IMG/VR virus record: IMGVR_UViG_2667527965_000002
Source of the DNA: a virus
Lineage: Duplodnaviria > Heunggongvirae > Uroviricota > Caudoviricetes
Direction: 5' to 3' (one strand)
Length of the DNA stretch: 40,499 nucleotides
Shown: positions 8,413 through 16,779 of the stretch, in pieces
Layout of the letters: each line of letters starts with the position of its first letter
Numbering within the stretch: the first letter of the stretch is position 1
Program-made: the position numbers and the translations under genes
Notes under the pieces: model-generated
The model's input: the letters and a program-made list of their open reading frames with translations, nothing else
Databases searched by the model: none
Told to the model about the DNA's origin: nothing

Positions 8413-8747
8413 ACAGTGTAACAACACAGTACCGCAGGTCGCAACTTATTGCTCGACCTATGCCGGGTGGAAAAGGTCCGGTGCAGTTCGTGTATGGGGT
8501 AATGGTATCCGGATGCTTTGAGCCTGTCTGCTACCAGTTTGCTGATTGGGTTGTAGGTGATTTCAACGGCCAGGCGGAGAAGGTCGAATGCGAGCACTCA
8601 ACAGATGGTTTAAAGACAGTTACGGCGTCCCTGTCAGGGTTATCCGGTGGGAACCAGAAACTCAACGGGTTATATACCTGCGCGACGGATATGAGCATGA
8701 GTGCTTCAGTCCACTCGAACAGTTCCAGCGTAAATTCAGGGAAATAG
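8409..8747 (+). CDS. Hypothetical protein
   Basis: ATG overlaps upstream stop (ATGA), GGAGAAA SD; the C-terminal half is low-complexity and overlaps an alternative-frame ORF. Confidence 0.35.
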   Translation: MNSVTTQYRRSQLIARPMPGGKGPVQFVYGVMVSGCFEPVCYQFADWVVGDFNGQAEKVECEHSTDGLKTVTASLSGLSGGNQKLNGLYTCATDMSMSASVHSNSSSVNSGK

Positions 8748-8800
8748 AGGGTCAGAATGAGCCTGTTAATGACATCGCGGCCAATAGTAATAAATCCTGA
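8588..8800 (+). CDS. Hypothetical protein (alternative frame, overlaps 8409-8747 and start of O-like gene)
   Basis: 70 aa ORF with GGAGAAGG SD; sequence looks more protein-like than the overlapping frame. Confidence 0.35.
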   Translation: MRALNRWFKDSYGVPVRVIRWEPETQRVIYLRDGYEHECFSPLEQFQRKFREIEGQNEPVNDIAANSNKS

Positions 8801-9665
8801 ACTTGCATACAGCATTGGCCTGAATGAGGCGATTGCTTTGCAGCAGATTAATTACTGGCTGCAAGAGACCAAATCAGGCATGGAAAGTGATGGTGTACGC
8901 TGGATTTACAACACGACAGAACAGTGGCTGGAGCAGTTCCCGTTCTGGTCTGAGTCGACCCTGAAGCGTACCTTCACCCGCCTGAAGACACTCGGCGTGC
9001 TCAAAATTGAGCAGTTGAACAAGTCTCAACGCGACATGACCAACTTCTACACGATCAACTATGAAAGCGAGCTTTTAGATGAAGTCAAAGTGACCGAATC
9101 GAAGAGGTCAAAATGCGCTGTTCCATCAGGTCAAAATGACACGATGGAAGAGGTCAAAGTGACACACTCCATCAGGTCAAAACGAACCGCTGTCATTAGG
9201 TCAAAATGCACTGATGATCCTACAGAGAATACAACAGAGAGTACTACAGAGATTACAGGTAAAGACTCTTGTCCGGTTGCAGGGCAACCAGACCCTGAAG
9301 TTGTGATTACTGATCAGGCGATTTTGGTGTTGTCCCATTTGAACCAAATCAGCGGATCCCGGTATCAGAAGTCAAAAACATCCCTGGAGAACATCCGTGC
9401 CCGACTGCGTGATGGTTACAGCGTTGCTGACCTGCAACTTGTTATCGACCTCAAACATGAGCACTGGCACGAGAACGACGAGCAGTACCAGTACATGCGA
9501 CCTGAAACGCTGTTCGGACCGAGGAAATTCGAGAGCTATCTGCAAAGCGCCACCCGCTGGGACCAGAAGGGACGACCCAAGCGCGCTGACTGGGGCGCTA
9601 AAAGGCGCGATGTGATGGATTTTGGTCCTGTTGATACAACGATTCCTGCGGGCTTCAGGGGGTAA
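8757..9665 (+). CDS. Replication initiation protein (O-like replisome organiser) with conserved phage C-terminal domain
   Basis: 302 aa; internal array of six GGTCAAA(A/G)TG iterons as in lambda O/ori; AGAGGG SD before ATG. Confidence 0.8.
   Translation: MSLLMTSRPIVINPELAYSIGLNEAIALQQINYWLQETKSGMESDGVRWIYNTTEQWLEQFPFWSESTLKRTFTRLKTLGVLKIEQLNKSQRDMTNFYTINYESELLDEVKVTESKRSKCAVPSGQNDTMEEVKVTHSIRSKRTAVIRSKCTDDPTENTTESTTEITGKDSCPVAGQPDPEVVITDQAILVLSHLNQISGSRYQKSKTSLENIRARLRDGYSVADLQLVIDLKHEHWHENDEQYQYMRPETLFGPRKFESYLQSATRWDQKGRPKRADWGAKRRDVMDFGPVDTTIPAGFRG
9083..9208. repeat. Candidate origin of replication: six iterons GGTCAAARTG spaced 23-24 bp inside the O-like gene
   Basis: Direct repeats starting at 9083, 9106, 9129, 9152, 9175 and 9199. 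Confidence 0.7.
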
Positions 9666-9667
9666 CG

Positions 9668-10111
9668 ATGAGCTTACTGAAAACTATCCAGATGTTTGTA
9701 GCTCAGAACCCTGGGCTAACCAACAAGCAGATAGCTGCAGCACTGACAGAATACGATATTCAGTCGGTTCAGCGTGCCGTATGCCGACTAGTTGATACAA
9801 AGCGTGCAACACGTAAACACGCGGGAAAGTGTTATCGCTATTACGCAGAACCGCCAGCAGATTGCCACTTCGAGGTTTTTGAACCAACCCCTGAAGTCAG
9901 CGCCCTGATGGAAACGGCGAAATGTGTGGAGTCGAAAGGCCTCTTTCACCGTGCCGCGACGATATACATGCAAGCGTTCAGCGTGTCAGCTATTGAATCA
10001 GAGCGAGCAGCAATTCTGGCAGAACGTCAGCGCTGTCTTGGCCTGGCTAAACCAGCGGTTATTTCTGAAGACGGGTGCTATCTGGCTGGTCGATTTTCGG
10101 GAGGTCGTTAA
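9668..10111 (+). CDS. PerC-like transcriptional activator family protein (putative)
   Basis: 147 aa; motif SKGLFHRAATIYMQAF resembles the PerC family KGLWRRAA motif; AGGGGG SD. Confidence 0.4.
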   Translation: MSLLKTIQMFVAQNPGLTNKQIAAALTEYDIQSVQRAVCRLVDTKRATRKHAGKCYRYYAEPPADCHFEVFEPTPEVSALMETAKCVESKGLFHRAATIYMQAFSVSAIESERAAILAERQRCLGLAKPAVISEDGCYLAGRFSGGR

Positions 10112-10779
10112 TGGGCTATTCACTGATTTACGCTGATCCGCCGTGGGAATACGGAAACACCATCAGCAATGGTGCAGCGGAAAACCATTACGGCACGATG
10201 AAACTCATCGACATAAAACGCCTGCCTGTCTGGGAGCTGGCTGCGGAAAATTCCGTTCTGGCCATGTGGTTCACCGGTACACACACCCGCGAAGCTATCG
10301 AACTGGCTGAGGCATGGGGTTTTAAGGTTCGGACCATGAAGGGATTCACCTGGGTGAAGCTTAACTCACTGGCAGAACAGCATATCAATAAAGCGCTTCA
10401 GGCTGGTGGTGTAGAGGACTTTTACGACTTCCTCGACCTGTTGAACGCTCAGACCCGAATGAACGGTGGTAACTATACCCGCGCCAATACCGAGGATCTG
10501 TTAATCGCTACCAGAGGGAAAGGTCTTGAGCGTCAGAATGCGAGCGTAAAACAGGTTATCTACAGCCCACTCAGCGAACACAGCTAGAAGCCAGCAGAAG
10601 CGCGTTACCGTCTGGAGCAATTATACGGCGATGTATCACGCATTGAGTTGTTCAGCCGCTGTTCGGCTCCCGGCTGGCATCACTGGGGAAATCAGGCAGA
10701 AAATCCTGATGTAATCATGTCACCTGGTTACGTTGGTAAACCTGCTCCGCTGCTGGAGGTGGCTTATGCAGGACGTTGA
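10111..10779 (+). pseudogene. MT-A70-family DNA N6-adenine methyltransferase interrupted by an in-frame TAG at 10585-10587
   Basis: DPPW motif (IYADPPWEY) near N-terminus; ORF stops at TAG after ...SPLSEHS but the same frame continues KPAEARYRLEQLYGDVSRIELFSRCSAPGWHHWGN to TGA at 10777-10779. Confidence 0.6.
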
Positions 10780-10984
10780 AGCACGTAACGCGCTTCGTAA
10801 CATCGCCAGAAGATGCAACGAGGAAATAACCGCTAAACGCAAGGCTAATCCTGGTATGAATTGTGACGAAATAGCCAGGCCAATTTTTAACGGTGCCATG
10901 GGGATGGTTAAGCAACTTGGCTTTACGCCATCTCATTTGTATCTCGAAGTCGGGATTCTGAACAAGCGGATTAAGGAGCGCTGA
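10766..10984 (+). CDS. Hypothetical protein
   Basis: ATG at 10766 preceded by GGAGG; 72 aa. Confidence 0.4.
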   Translation: MQDVEARNALRNIARRCNEEITAKRKANPGMNCDEIARPIFNGAMGMVKQLGFTPSHLYLEVGILNKRIKER

Positions 10985-10985
10985 A

Positions 10986-11306
10986 GTGAACAAACTTACC
11001 GTGAGACAAAGTGAAGTACTTGGTTCGATCGTGAACTATCAGCGCCGGTTCGGATTCCCTCCAACGATATGTGAACTGGCTGGGCTGATTGGTTGCTCAT
11101 CACCGAACGCTGCAGCGGAGCATGTGAAGGCCATAGCGAAGAAGGGATATATCTCAGTTGCGCCTGGAGTTTCCAGAGGGATTACCGTTATTTCAGCAAA
11201 CGATGAGGTAGACGCGATATCGATCATCAAGTCACTCATTAACGGTGATAGCGATTCAAGAGAACGCGCCTTGTCATGGCTGGAAGCGAGAGGTGTTCAG
11301 CAATGA
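10986..11306 (+). CDS. LexA-family N-terminal DNA-binding domain protein without a peptidase domain
   Basis: LTVRQSEVLGSIVNYQRRFGFPPTICELAGLIGCSSPNAAAEHVKAIAKKGYI parallels the LexA winged-helix domain; GTG start with AAGGAG SD; only 106 aa. Confidence 0.6.
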   Translation: MNKLTVRQSEVLGSIVNYQRRFGFPPTICELAGLIGCSSPNAAAEHVKAIAKKGYISVAPGVSRGITVISANDEVDAISIIKSLINGDSDSRERALSWLEARGVQQ

Positions 11307-11692
11307 AACTAACGTTGCCATTCCCGCCAACTGTTAACACCTATTACCGGTCCCCTGACCGCGGCGCGTTAAAGGGTAAGCATCTGATAAGTGAGATGGG
11401 GAGGAAGTTCAAGAAGAATGTTTACGCCTCTGTTGTGCAGCAGTACGGCGGTATACCTAAACCAGTTAACGTCAACGTTGAGGTAAACATAGTTCTTTTC
11501 CCGCCAGATAACAGACGGCGGGATCTGGACAACTACAACAAAGCGCTGTTCGACGCACTGACGAATGCCAGAGTCTGGGAAGACGATAGTCAGGTTAAGC
11601 GGATGGCTATCGAGTGGGGGCCGGCAGTAAAGCCTGGAAGGGTAGAAATAACGATCAGCCGTTTTGAAACTGTGGCGGGTGCAGCCGCCTGA
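11303..11692 (+). CDS. rusA: RusA-family Holliday junction resolvase
   Basis: MKLTLPFPPTVNTYY start and conserved D/N/K acidic residues; GAGAGG SD. Confidence 0.85.
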   Translation: MKLTLPFPPTVNTYYRSPDRGALKGKHLISEMGRKFKKNVYASVVQQYGGIPKPVNVNVEVNIVLFPPDNRRRDLDNYNKALFDALTNARVWEDDSQVKRMAIEWGPAVKPGRVEITISRFETVAGAAA

Positions 11693-11708
11693 TAAGTGGA
11701 GACAGAGC

Positions 11709-12434
11709 ATGAATCAGATGAACATCACCGTAATGTGCCAGGCACACCATACAGCAGCTGTTGGGCAGCAGATAACCATGTCCAGCCGTGAGATTGCAAA
11801 ACTGGTCGATTCCCGGCACAGCAATGTCTGCGTAACGATAGAGCGCCTCATGAATTCCGGTGTGATTGAAGGGTATGCTGCATTGCAGTACACCCATCCC
11901 CAGAACGGACAGACCTATCATCACTACGAAGTGAATAAGCGTGATAGCTATGTGATCGTTGCCCAGTTGTCACCAGAGTTCACGGCCCGACTTGTTGACC
12001 GTTGGCAGGAACTGGAGAGCAGCGGTGGAATGATTGTTCCACGGTCACTTCCTGAAGCTTTGCGCCTTGCTGCTGATCTGGCAGAACAGAAACAGCGCCT
12101 GAGTGAAGAACTGGCAGTAGCGGCACCGAAGGCCGAGTTCGTTGATCGGTATGTGACGGCTACTGGTTCAATGACTTTCCGACAGGTGGCCAAGCTGCTT
12201 AACGCCAAAGAGCCAGAGTTTGCGATGTTCCTGATTGAGAACGGCATCATGTACCGGCTTAACCGTGTTCTTACGCCAAAGAGCAAGCATATCGAAGCAG
12301 GGCGCTTCGAGGTGAAGACGGGCACGACAAACCAGACAAATTACGCGTTCAATCAGTCCCGCTTCACCGCCAAGGGTGTTCGTTGGATTGGTGGTCTGTG
12401 GGCAGAGCATATTGCTAAGGGGCAGGTAGCGTGA
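11709..12434 (+). CDS. Rha-family regulatory protein with KilA-C-like antirepressor domain
   Basis: N-terminal MSSREIAKLVDSRHSNV (Rha-like) and C-terminal FRQVAKLLN ... region; GGAG SD. Confidence 0.7.
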   Translation: MNQMNITVMCQAHHTAAVGQQITMSSREIAKLVDSRHSNVCVTIERLMNSGVIEGYAALQYTHPQNGQTYHHYEVNKRDSYVIVAQLSPEFTARLVDRWQELESSGGMIVPRSLPEALRLAADLAEQKQRLSEELAVAAPKAEFVDRYVTATGSMTFRQVAKLLNAKEPEFAMFLIENGIMYRLNRVLTPKSKHIEAGRFEVKTGTTNQTNYAFNQSRFTAKGVRWIGGLWAEHIAKGQVA

Positions 12435-13420
12435 GGGCATTACTGACACCTGAAGTGGCACCGATGACCGGGGTAGTGTTATTTCGCCCAGGCAGTGAAC
12501 TGATGCATCTGTTCAGACGTGGGCGTGTTCTTATCGAGCCACAGGCAGAGTCAATGGCTGAGTTACCGTCTGGTCTGCTGCCTGAGACAACTCAGGAGCT
12601 TCAGAATGATCCGTTAATGCGTGATGTCTTCGAAAATCAGAAGGTCATACATCGTGCAGGTGGACTCAATTCACTGGATGCTTGGCTCGAAAGAAAACTG
12701 GAATGTCAGTACCCACACAGCGAGTGGCACGATCGCAACTACACCATAACCCGGCATGCACCTGGCTCAATCCGCACGTGCTGGGGCTGTGACTTAAAAA
12801 TTCGTGATCAGTTCACTGAAGGTCTGGCGGGTATAGCCCGTGAAAACCTGGTATCCTGGCTACTGAAGGTTGTAAACGGCCAATTAGGTTTCAGTGAGGA
12901 CCACATTCTTACACTGCCGGAGTTTTGCTGGTGGATGGTCAGGAGCGACCTGGCTGATGAGATACCTGAAGCCGTAGCACATAAAGCTCTTCGTCTGAAG
13001 AAAGAGTCCCACCAGTCGGTAACACGTGAAAGCGATATTGTTCCGGCATTACCCGCCAAACAACTGGTACAGGAGAAAGCGAAAAAGATAGTGGCAATGA
13101 AGGTTGACCCAGAGACGCCGGAATCCTTCATGCTTAAACCCAAGCGTCGCCGCTGGGTGAATGAGAAATACACGAGATGGGTTAAGGCCCAGCCGTGCGT
13201 CTGCTGTAACAAGCAAGCTGACGACCCCCACCACCTGATTGGCCACGGGCAGGGTGGAATGGGTACAAAGGCACACGACCTGTTTGTGATACCTCTGTGC
13301 AGAGAGCATCACGACGAGTTGCATGCTGATCCTGTGGCATTTGAAGCGAAATACGGTGACCAACTGGTCTTGGTGTTTCGGTTTATAGATCGTGCGCTGG
13401 CAATCGGCGTACTGGCGTAA
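12431..13420 (+). CDS. DUF968-like phage protein with C-terminal HNH-like zinc motif
   Basis: 329 aa; C-terminal CVCC ... HHLIGHGQGGMGTKAHD ... IPLCREHHDELH motif. Confidence 0.6.
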   Translation: MRALLTPEVAPMTGVVLFRPGSELMHLFRRGRVLIEPQAESMAELPSGLLPETTQELQNDPLMRDVFENQKVIHRAGGLNSLDAWLERKLECQYPHSEWHDRNYTITRHAPGSIRTCWGCDLKIRDQFTEGLAGIARENLVSWLLKVVNGQLGFSEDHILTLPEFCWWMVRSDLADEIPEAVAHKALRLKKESHQSVTRESDIVPALPAKQLVQEKAKKIVAMKVDPETPESFMLKPKRRRWVNEKYTRWVKAQPCVCCNKQADDPHHLIGHGQGGMGTKAHDLFVIPLCREHHDELHADPVAFEAKYGDQLVLVFRFIDRALAIGVLA

Positions 13421-13434
13421 GTGGAGAACGCTAA

Positions 13435-14013
13435 ATGATTAATCCTTCTGAAGTTGGTAAATCTGGTGAAATGGTTCGTCTTCGTACTCTGGAAAGCATC
13501 TGGATACAGGGTAAGTTGCGCATGTGGGGCCGCTGGTCTTATATCGGCGGTGGTAGTGGCGGGAATATGTTTAACCAGCTACTGGCATCAGGAAAAATCA
13601 CCAAGACAGCTATCAATGATGCTCTGCGCAGAATGAAGAAATCAGGAATCACCAAGCCTGAACTTGAAGCGTACCTTCGTGAAATCCTCAACAGCAAAAA
13701 TAAAAGCGGCCTGGCGTTCTGTTCAGACGAAGAAGGGTTGTTAGTGGACGGTGTCATTGCTTCTGTACTGATGAATGATGACTACCGATCTCTCTATAGC
13801 GTGATTGTCGACCGCCATCGCCTACGCAAGAGCAAGCTGCAAATGGCCAATGAACTGCAGGCTAAACATCCTGACTGGCCGCTGATCACCTGTCGTCGAC
13901 GCATTGACACTTGGCTAAGTCTTGCCGAATCGATCCTGTACGCTCCAGTTTGTGACGCATTCGGCACAAATAGCGACAGATTTAAGTTGCAGAGTGAGCA
14001 AGAAAGTGCTTAA
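13435..14013 (+). CDS. Putative late-gene antiterminator (Q-like)
   Basis: Located immediately upstream of a promoter-like sequence, short terminated leader and lysis cassette; WGRW motif resembles QuuD-type antiterminators. Confidence 0.5.
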   Translation: MINPSEVGKSGEMVRLRTLESIWIQGKLRMWGRWSYIGGGSGGNMFNQLLASGKITKTAINDALRRMKKSGITKPELEAYLREILNSKNKSGLAFCSDEEGLLVDGVIASVLMNDDYRSLYSVIVDRHRLRKSKLQMANELQAKHPDWPLITCRRRIDTWLSLAESILYAPVCDAFGTNSDRFKLQSEQESA

Positions 14014-14015
14014 AT
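13987..14015 (+). promoter_or_regulatory. Candidate late promoter (pR'-like) overlapping 3' end of Q-like gene
   Basis: -35 TTGCAG (13987-13992), 17-nt spacer, -10 TTAAAT (14010-14015); terminator about 50 nt downstream. Confidence 0.35.
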
Positions 14016-14063
14016 TATGGTAGGCTCGGGACGTTAAAGCGAACTGAGCAACACAACATTAAG

Positions 14064-14090
14064 AGCCCGCCATTGAGCGGGTTTTTTTGT
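14064..14090 (+). terminator. Rho-independent terminator (tR'-like)
   Basis: Stem AGCCCGC/GCGGGTT with 6-nt loop followed by T7 run. Confidence 0.65.
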
Positions 14091-14119
14091 TATGATTCCT
14101 CCGAAACTCAGGAGGCTTC

Positions 14120-14716
14120 ATGACTTGGCAAAACGTACCGTACGCTTTCGAAAAAACTACTGGCGAGTTGACCTTGGTAATAGAAAAATTACCGCCAATT
14201 GAAATCAGTTCTTCCTTTCCTTTTGAAACACTCATTACTGCTCTTGCAGGCGTTATTGCCGCAGGAATAACTGGTTGGGTTGCATACAGGGCAATCAAAG
14301 AAAATTTTGCCTTAGCCACATTACAGGCTCACTTGAATACTAATAAAGAATTGGCGCAACAAATACGTTTTGCTGGTGCTGAGCACGTGACAGACGTAAT
14401 TATGTTGGCCAGCACATTTGAGCAATGGCATCTGGTCGGAAATAAGAATATGGATATATTGGCTAAGGGTGTCTTCCCTGAAGAGATTCAAGTTCCAATA
14501 AAGGCCGCTGAAATAAGTAAAAATAAATTACTTCTATTAATAAGGCCTGATGAGGAAGGTTGCAAGTTGATAACCCTGACGGCAGATCTTCAAAAAGCGC
14601 TAAAAGTATGTTTTAAAAAAGGGTATTTTACTCCGGAAGAAAAAAAGTCATTTATTGATGCACAAAACGCCTTTATTTTTGGGTGTCATGAGTATATCAA
14701 TCAAAGTTTATCTTAA
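14120..14716 (+). CDS. AT-rich moron: hypothetical single-pass membrane protein
   Basis: 198 aa with one hydrophobic helix (residues about 33-56); strong SD AGGAGG; flanked by intrinsic terminators; lower GC than surrounding genes. Confidence 0.6.
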   Translation: MTWQNVPYAFEKTTGELTLVIEKLPPIEISSSFPFETLITALAGVIAAGITGWVAYRAIKENFALATLQAHLNTNKELAQQIRFAGAEHVTDVIMLASTFEQWHLVGNKNMDILAKGVFPEEIQVPIKAAEISKNKLLLLIRPDEEGCKLITLTADLQKALKVCFKKGYFTPEEKKSFIDAQNAFIFGCHEYINQSLS

Positions 14717-14733
14717 AAAAACCATACCTTACC

Positions 14734-14760
14734 AAGGCCGCCTTAATGCGGCCTTTTTTG
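14734..14760 (+). terminator. Rho-independent terminator
   Basis: Stem GGCCGC/GCGGCC with 6-nt loop followed by TTTTTT. Confidence 0.65.
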
Positions 14761-14805
14761 TTTCCCCTCGTTCTGAGAGGACTCACAGCAATAAGAGGGG
14801 GCTTA

Positions 14806-15201
14806 ATGTCCGATCCTGTTTCTGGCACTACGGTTGCGGCTGGTGGCCTGATGGGAGCCAGCGTATTTGGTCTTGCAACCGGTATTGACTATGGCGTGGT
14901 ATTTGGCGCATTCGCTGGTGCAGTATTTTATGTAGCGACAGCGGCAAATATCACACGAGTACGATTGATTGCTTACTTCATGACGTCCTTCATTGTTGGC
15001 GTTCTTGCCGCTGGCCTGGTTGGTTCTAAGCTGTCACAGGCTACCGGGTACAGTGACAGGCCATTAGACGCACTTGGTGCTGTTGTAGTGGCGGCGATGA
15101 CAATCAAAGTGCTCACATTTTTCAACAGTCAGGATTTGGGAAGCCTGTTCAGTATTCTTTCGCGATTCCGTGGAGGAGGGGCCAGCAATGGTAACAAGTG
15201 A
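14806..15201 (+). CDS. Putative holin-like membrane protein
   Basis: About 131 aa with three hydrophobic segments directly upstream of the endolysin; ATG 14806 with AGAGGGGG SD. Confidence 0.45.
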   Translation: MSDPVSGTTVAAGGLMGASVFGLATGIDYGVVFGAFAGAVFYVATAANITRVRLIAYFMTSFIVGVLAAGLVGSKLSQATGYSDRPLDALGAVVVAAMTIKVLTFFNSQDLGSLFSILSRFRGGGASNGNK

Positions 15202-15469
15202 TCTGTCAGCGATGGTGAATGCAGGTATTTGTGCGGTCATCGTCCTTGTCCTGATGTTCTACCAGCGTGAAGGGGCAAGACATCGCCCCGCTATATCATT
15301 GCTGGCTTACTTCGTTGTGCTGGTTTATGCCAGCGTTCCATTCCGATATTTGTTTGGCCTCTACCAGGAGTCACACTGGATGGTGGTCATCGTAAACCTT
15401 CTTATTTGCGCTGCCGTCTTATGGGCTCGTGGGAACGTGGCGCGTCTCGTTGATACGCTGAGGCATTAA
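15188..15469 (+). CDS. Putative holin / antiholin membrane protein
   Basis: 94 aa with hydrophobic helices; GGAGGAGGGG SD; stop overlaps endolysin start (TAATG). Confidence 0.45.
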   Translation: MVTSDLSAMVNAGICAVIVLVLMFYQREGARHRPAISLLAYFVVLVYASVPFRYLFGLYQESHWMVVIVNLLICAAVLWARGNVARLVDTLRH

Positions 15470-16086
15470 TGAACCAATCACAATTTCAACAGGCGGCTGG
15501 TGTAAGCGCCGGGTTAGCTTCGCGCTGGTTTCCGCACATTGATGCAGCGATGAAAGAGTTCGGCATTATTAAGCCTGAAGACCAGGCAATGTTTATTGCT
15601 CAGTCAGGACATGAATCAGCGGGATTCTCCGCGCTGGTGGAGAGCTTCAACTACACCCCAGCCGCTCTGCTGACCACCTTTGGACGCCGTATTACGAACT
15701 ATCAGGCATATATGCTTGGGCGTGACAAAGAAAAAGGGCAGGTAGCCAATCAGCCAGCCATTGCAAATCTGGTGTACAGCAATCGCCTCGGTAACAAAGC
15801 ATCAGGTGATGGGTGGAAATATCGTGGGCGTGGCCTGATTCAGATTACCGGTCTTGATAATTACCGCCGCTGCGGAACGGGATTAAAACTGGATTTAGTC
15901 AGTAATCCTGAGTTGCTGGAAAAGGATATCAACGCAGCACGGTCAGCTGCATGGTTCTACGCCACCAGCGGATGCCTGAGCTACTCCGGCGATCTTGTTC
16001 GCATCACTCAGATCATCAATGGTGGGCAGAACGGCATTAACGACCGCAGTGAACGTTACGCCAAAGCTAAAGCCGCACTGGTATGA
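15469..16086 (+). CDS. Endolysin, glycoside hydrolase family 19 (chitinase-like lysozyme)
   Basis: 205 aa with GH19-like catalytic region (QSGHESAGFS ... GRGLIQITG ...); follows holin-like genes. Confidence 0.85.
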   Translation: MNQSQFQQAAGVSAGLASRWFPHIDAAMKEFGIIKPEDQAMFIAQSGHESAGFSALVESFNYTPAALLTTFGRRITNYQAYMLGRDKEKGQVANQPAIANLVYSNRLGNKASGDGWKYRGRGLIQITGLDNYRRCGTGLKLDLVSNPELLEKDINAARSAAWFYATSGCLSYSGDLVRITQIINGGQNGINDRSERYAKAKAALV

Positions 16087-16093
16087 GGTCGCT

Positions 16094-16363
16094 ATGGGAC
16101 TTGAAATGATTATCGGCCTGGCTGTTGCTGTACTGGCTGCAATTGCAGGTGTTTTTGGTCTGGGTAAATCACGCGGTACAAGTATCGCCGAAACAAAAGC
16201 GGACCAGCAACGCACTGAAGAACGTACAGCAGCTACTGAAGCAGTTGCAGAACGCCGGGTAGAGACAACAAAAGGAGCCAGGGATGTACAGCAAACTGTT
16301 AGTCATCTTCCTGATGACGATGTTGACCGCGAGTTGCGCGAAAAATTTACCCGCAAAACCTGA
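16094..16363 (+). CDS. i-spanin (Rz-like) with N-terminal transmembrane segment
   Basis: ATG 16094 with GAGG SD overlapping endolysin end; N-terminal hydrophobic helix then charged coiled region. Confidence 0.5.
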   Translation: MGLEMIIGLAVAVLAAIAGVFGLGKSRGTSIAETKADQQRTEERTAATEAVAERRVETTKGARDVQQTVSHLPDDDVDRELREKFTRKT

Positions 16364-16526
16364 AGTAACGGACACGGCCTGTGACTGGGTGAGCATCATC
16401 TACCTCACTGAGCACGATATTGCCGTGCTGGATAAACAGACGAAGCGGGACATATTGGCGCACAACAAATCAGTGCAGGCTAACTGCATGAAGGAGCCAG
16501 GTCGTGAACGTAGAGAACCTAAGTGA
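16284..16526 (+). CDS. o-spanin (Rz1-like) lipoprotein, out-of-frame overlap with i-spanin
   Basis: Signal peptide ending LTASC lipobox-like; embedded/overlapping arrangement typical of spanin pairs. Confidence 0.45.
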   Translation: MYSKLLVIFLMTMLTASCAKNLPAKPEVTDTACDWVSIIYLTEHDIAVLDKQTKRDILAHNKSVQANCMKEPGRERREPK

Positions 16527-16734
16527 CGCGCATTACATCTATAACGAGATGAAAGAGCTACAGCGACAGAAAGGCATACTGGAAAGCGGTGCCGGACTTG
16601 GGGTGACAATCCAGTCGACCTATCAGGATAATGCCTTTCTTGATGCCATACGCCCGCATGCAGTGGATGAACTTGATCGGCGTATAGAGGAGAAAAAAGA
16701 TGTACTGGTTAATTTGGGCCTCTCCTTCTCTTAA
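16504..16734 (+). CDS. Hypothetical small protein
   Basis: GTG start with AGGAG SD; 76 aa. Confidence 0.3.
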   Translation: MNVENLSDAHYIYNEMKELQRQKGILESGAGLGVTIQSTYQDNAFLDAIRPHAVDELDRRIEEKKDVLVNLGLSFS

Positions 16735-16779
16735 ACTATCATGCATTACAGCAGGCACGTATCAGGTGCCTGCCATCAG

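Noticed and set aside
12808-13363. Minus-strand ORFs (134 and 104 aa) inside the DUF968-like gene
   Set aside because: Antisense to a gene with a clear conserved C-terminal motif; no RBS
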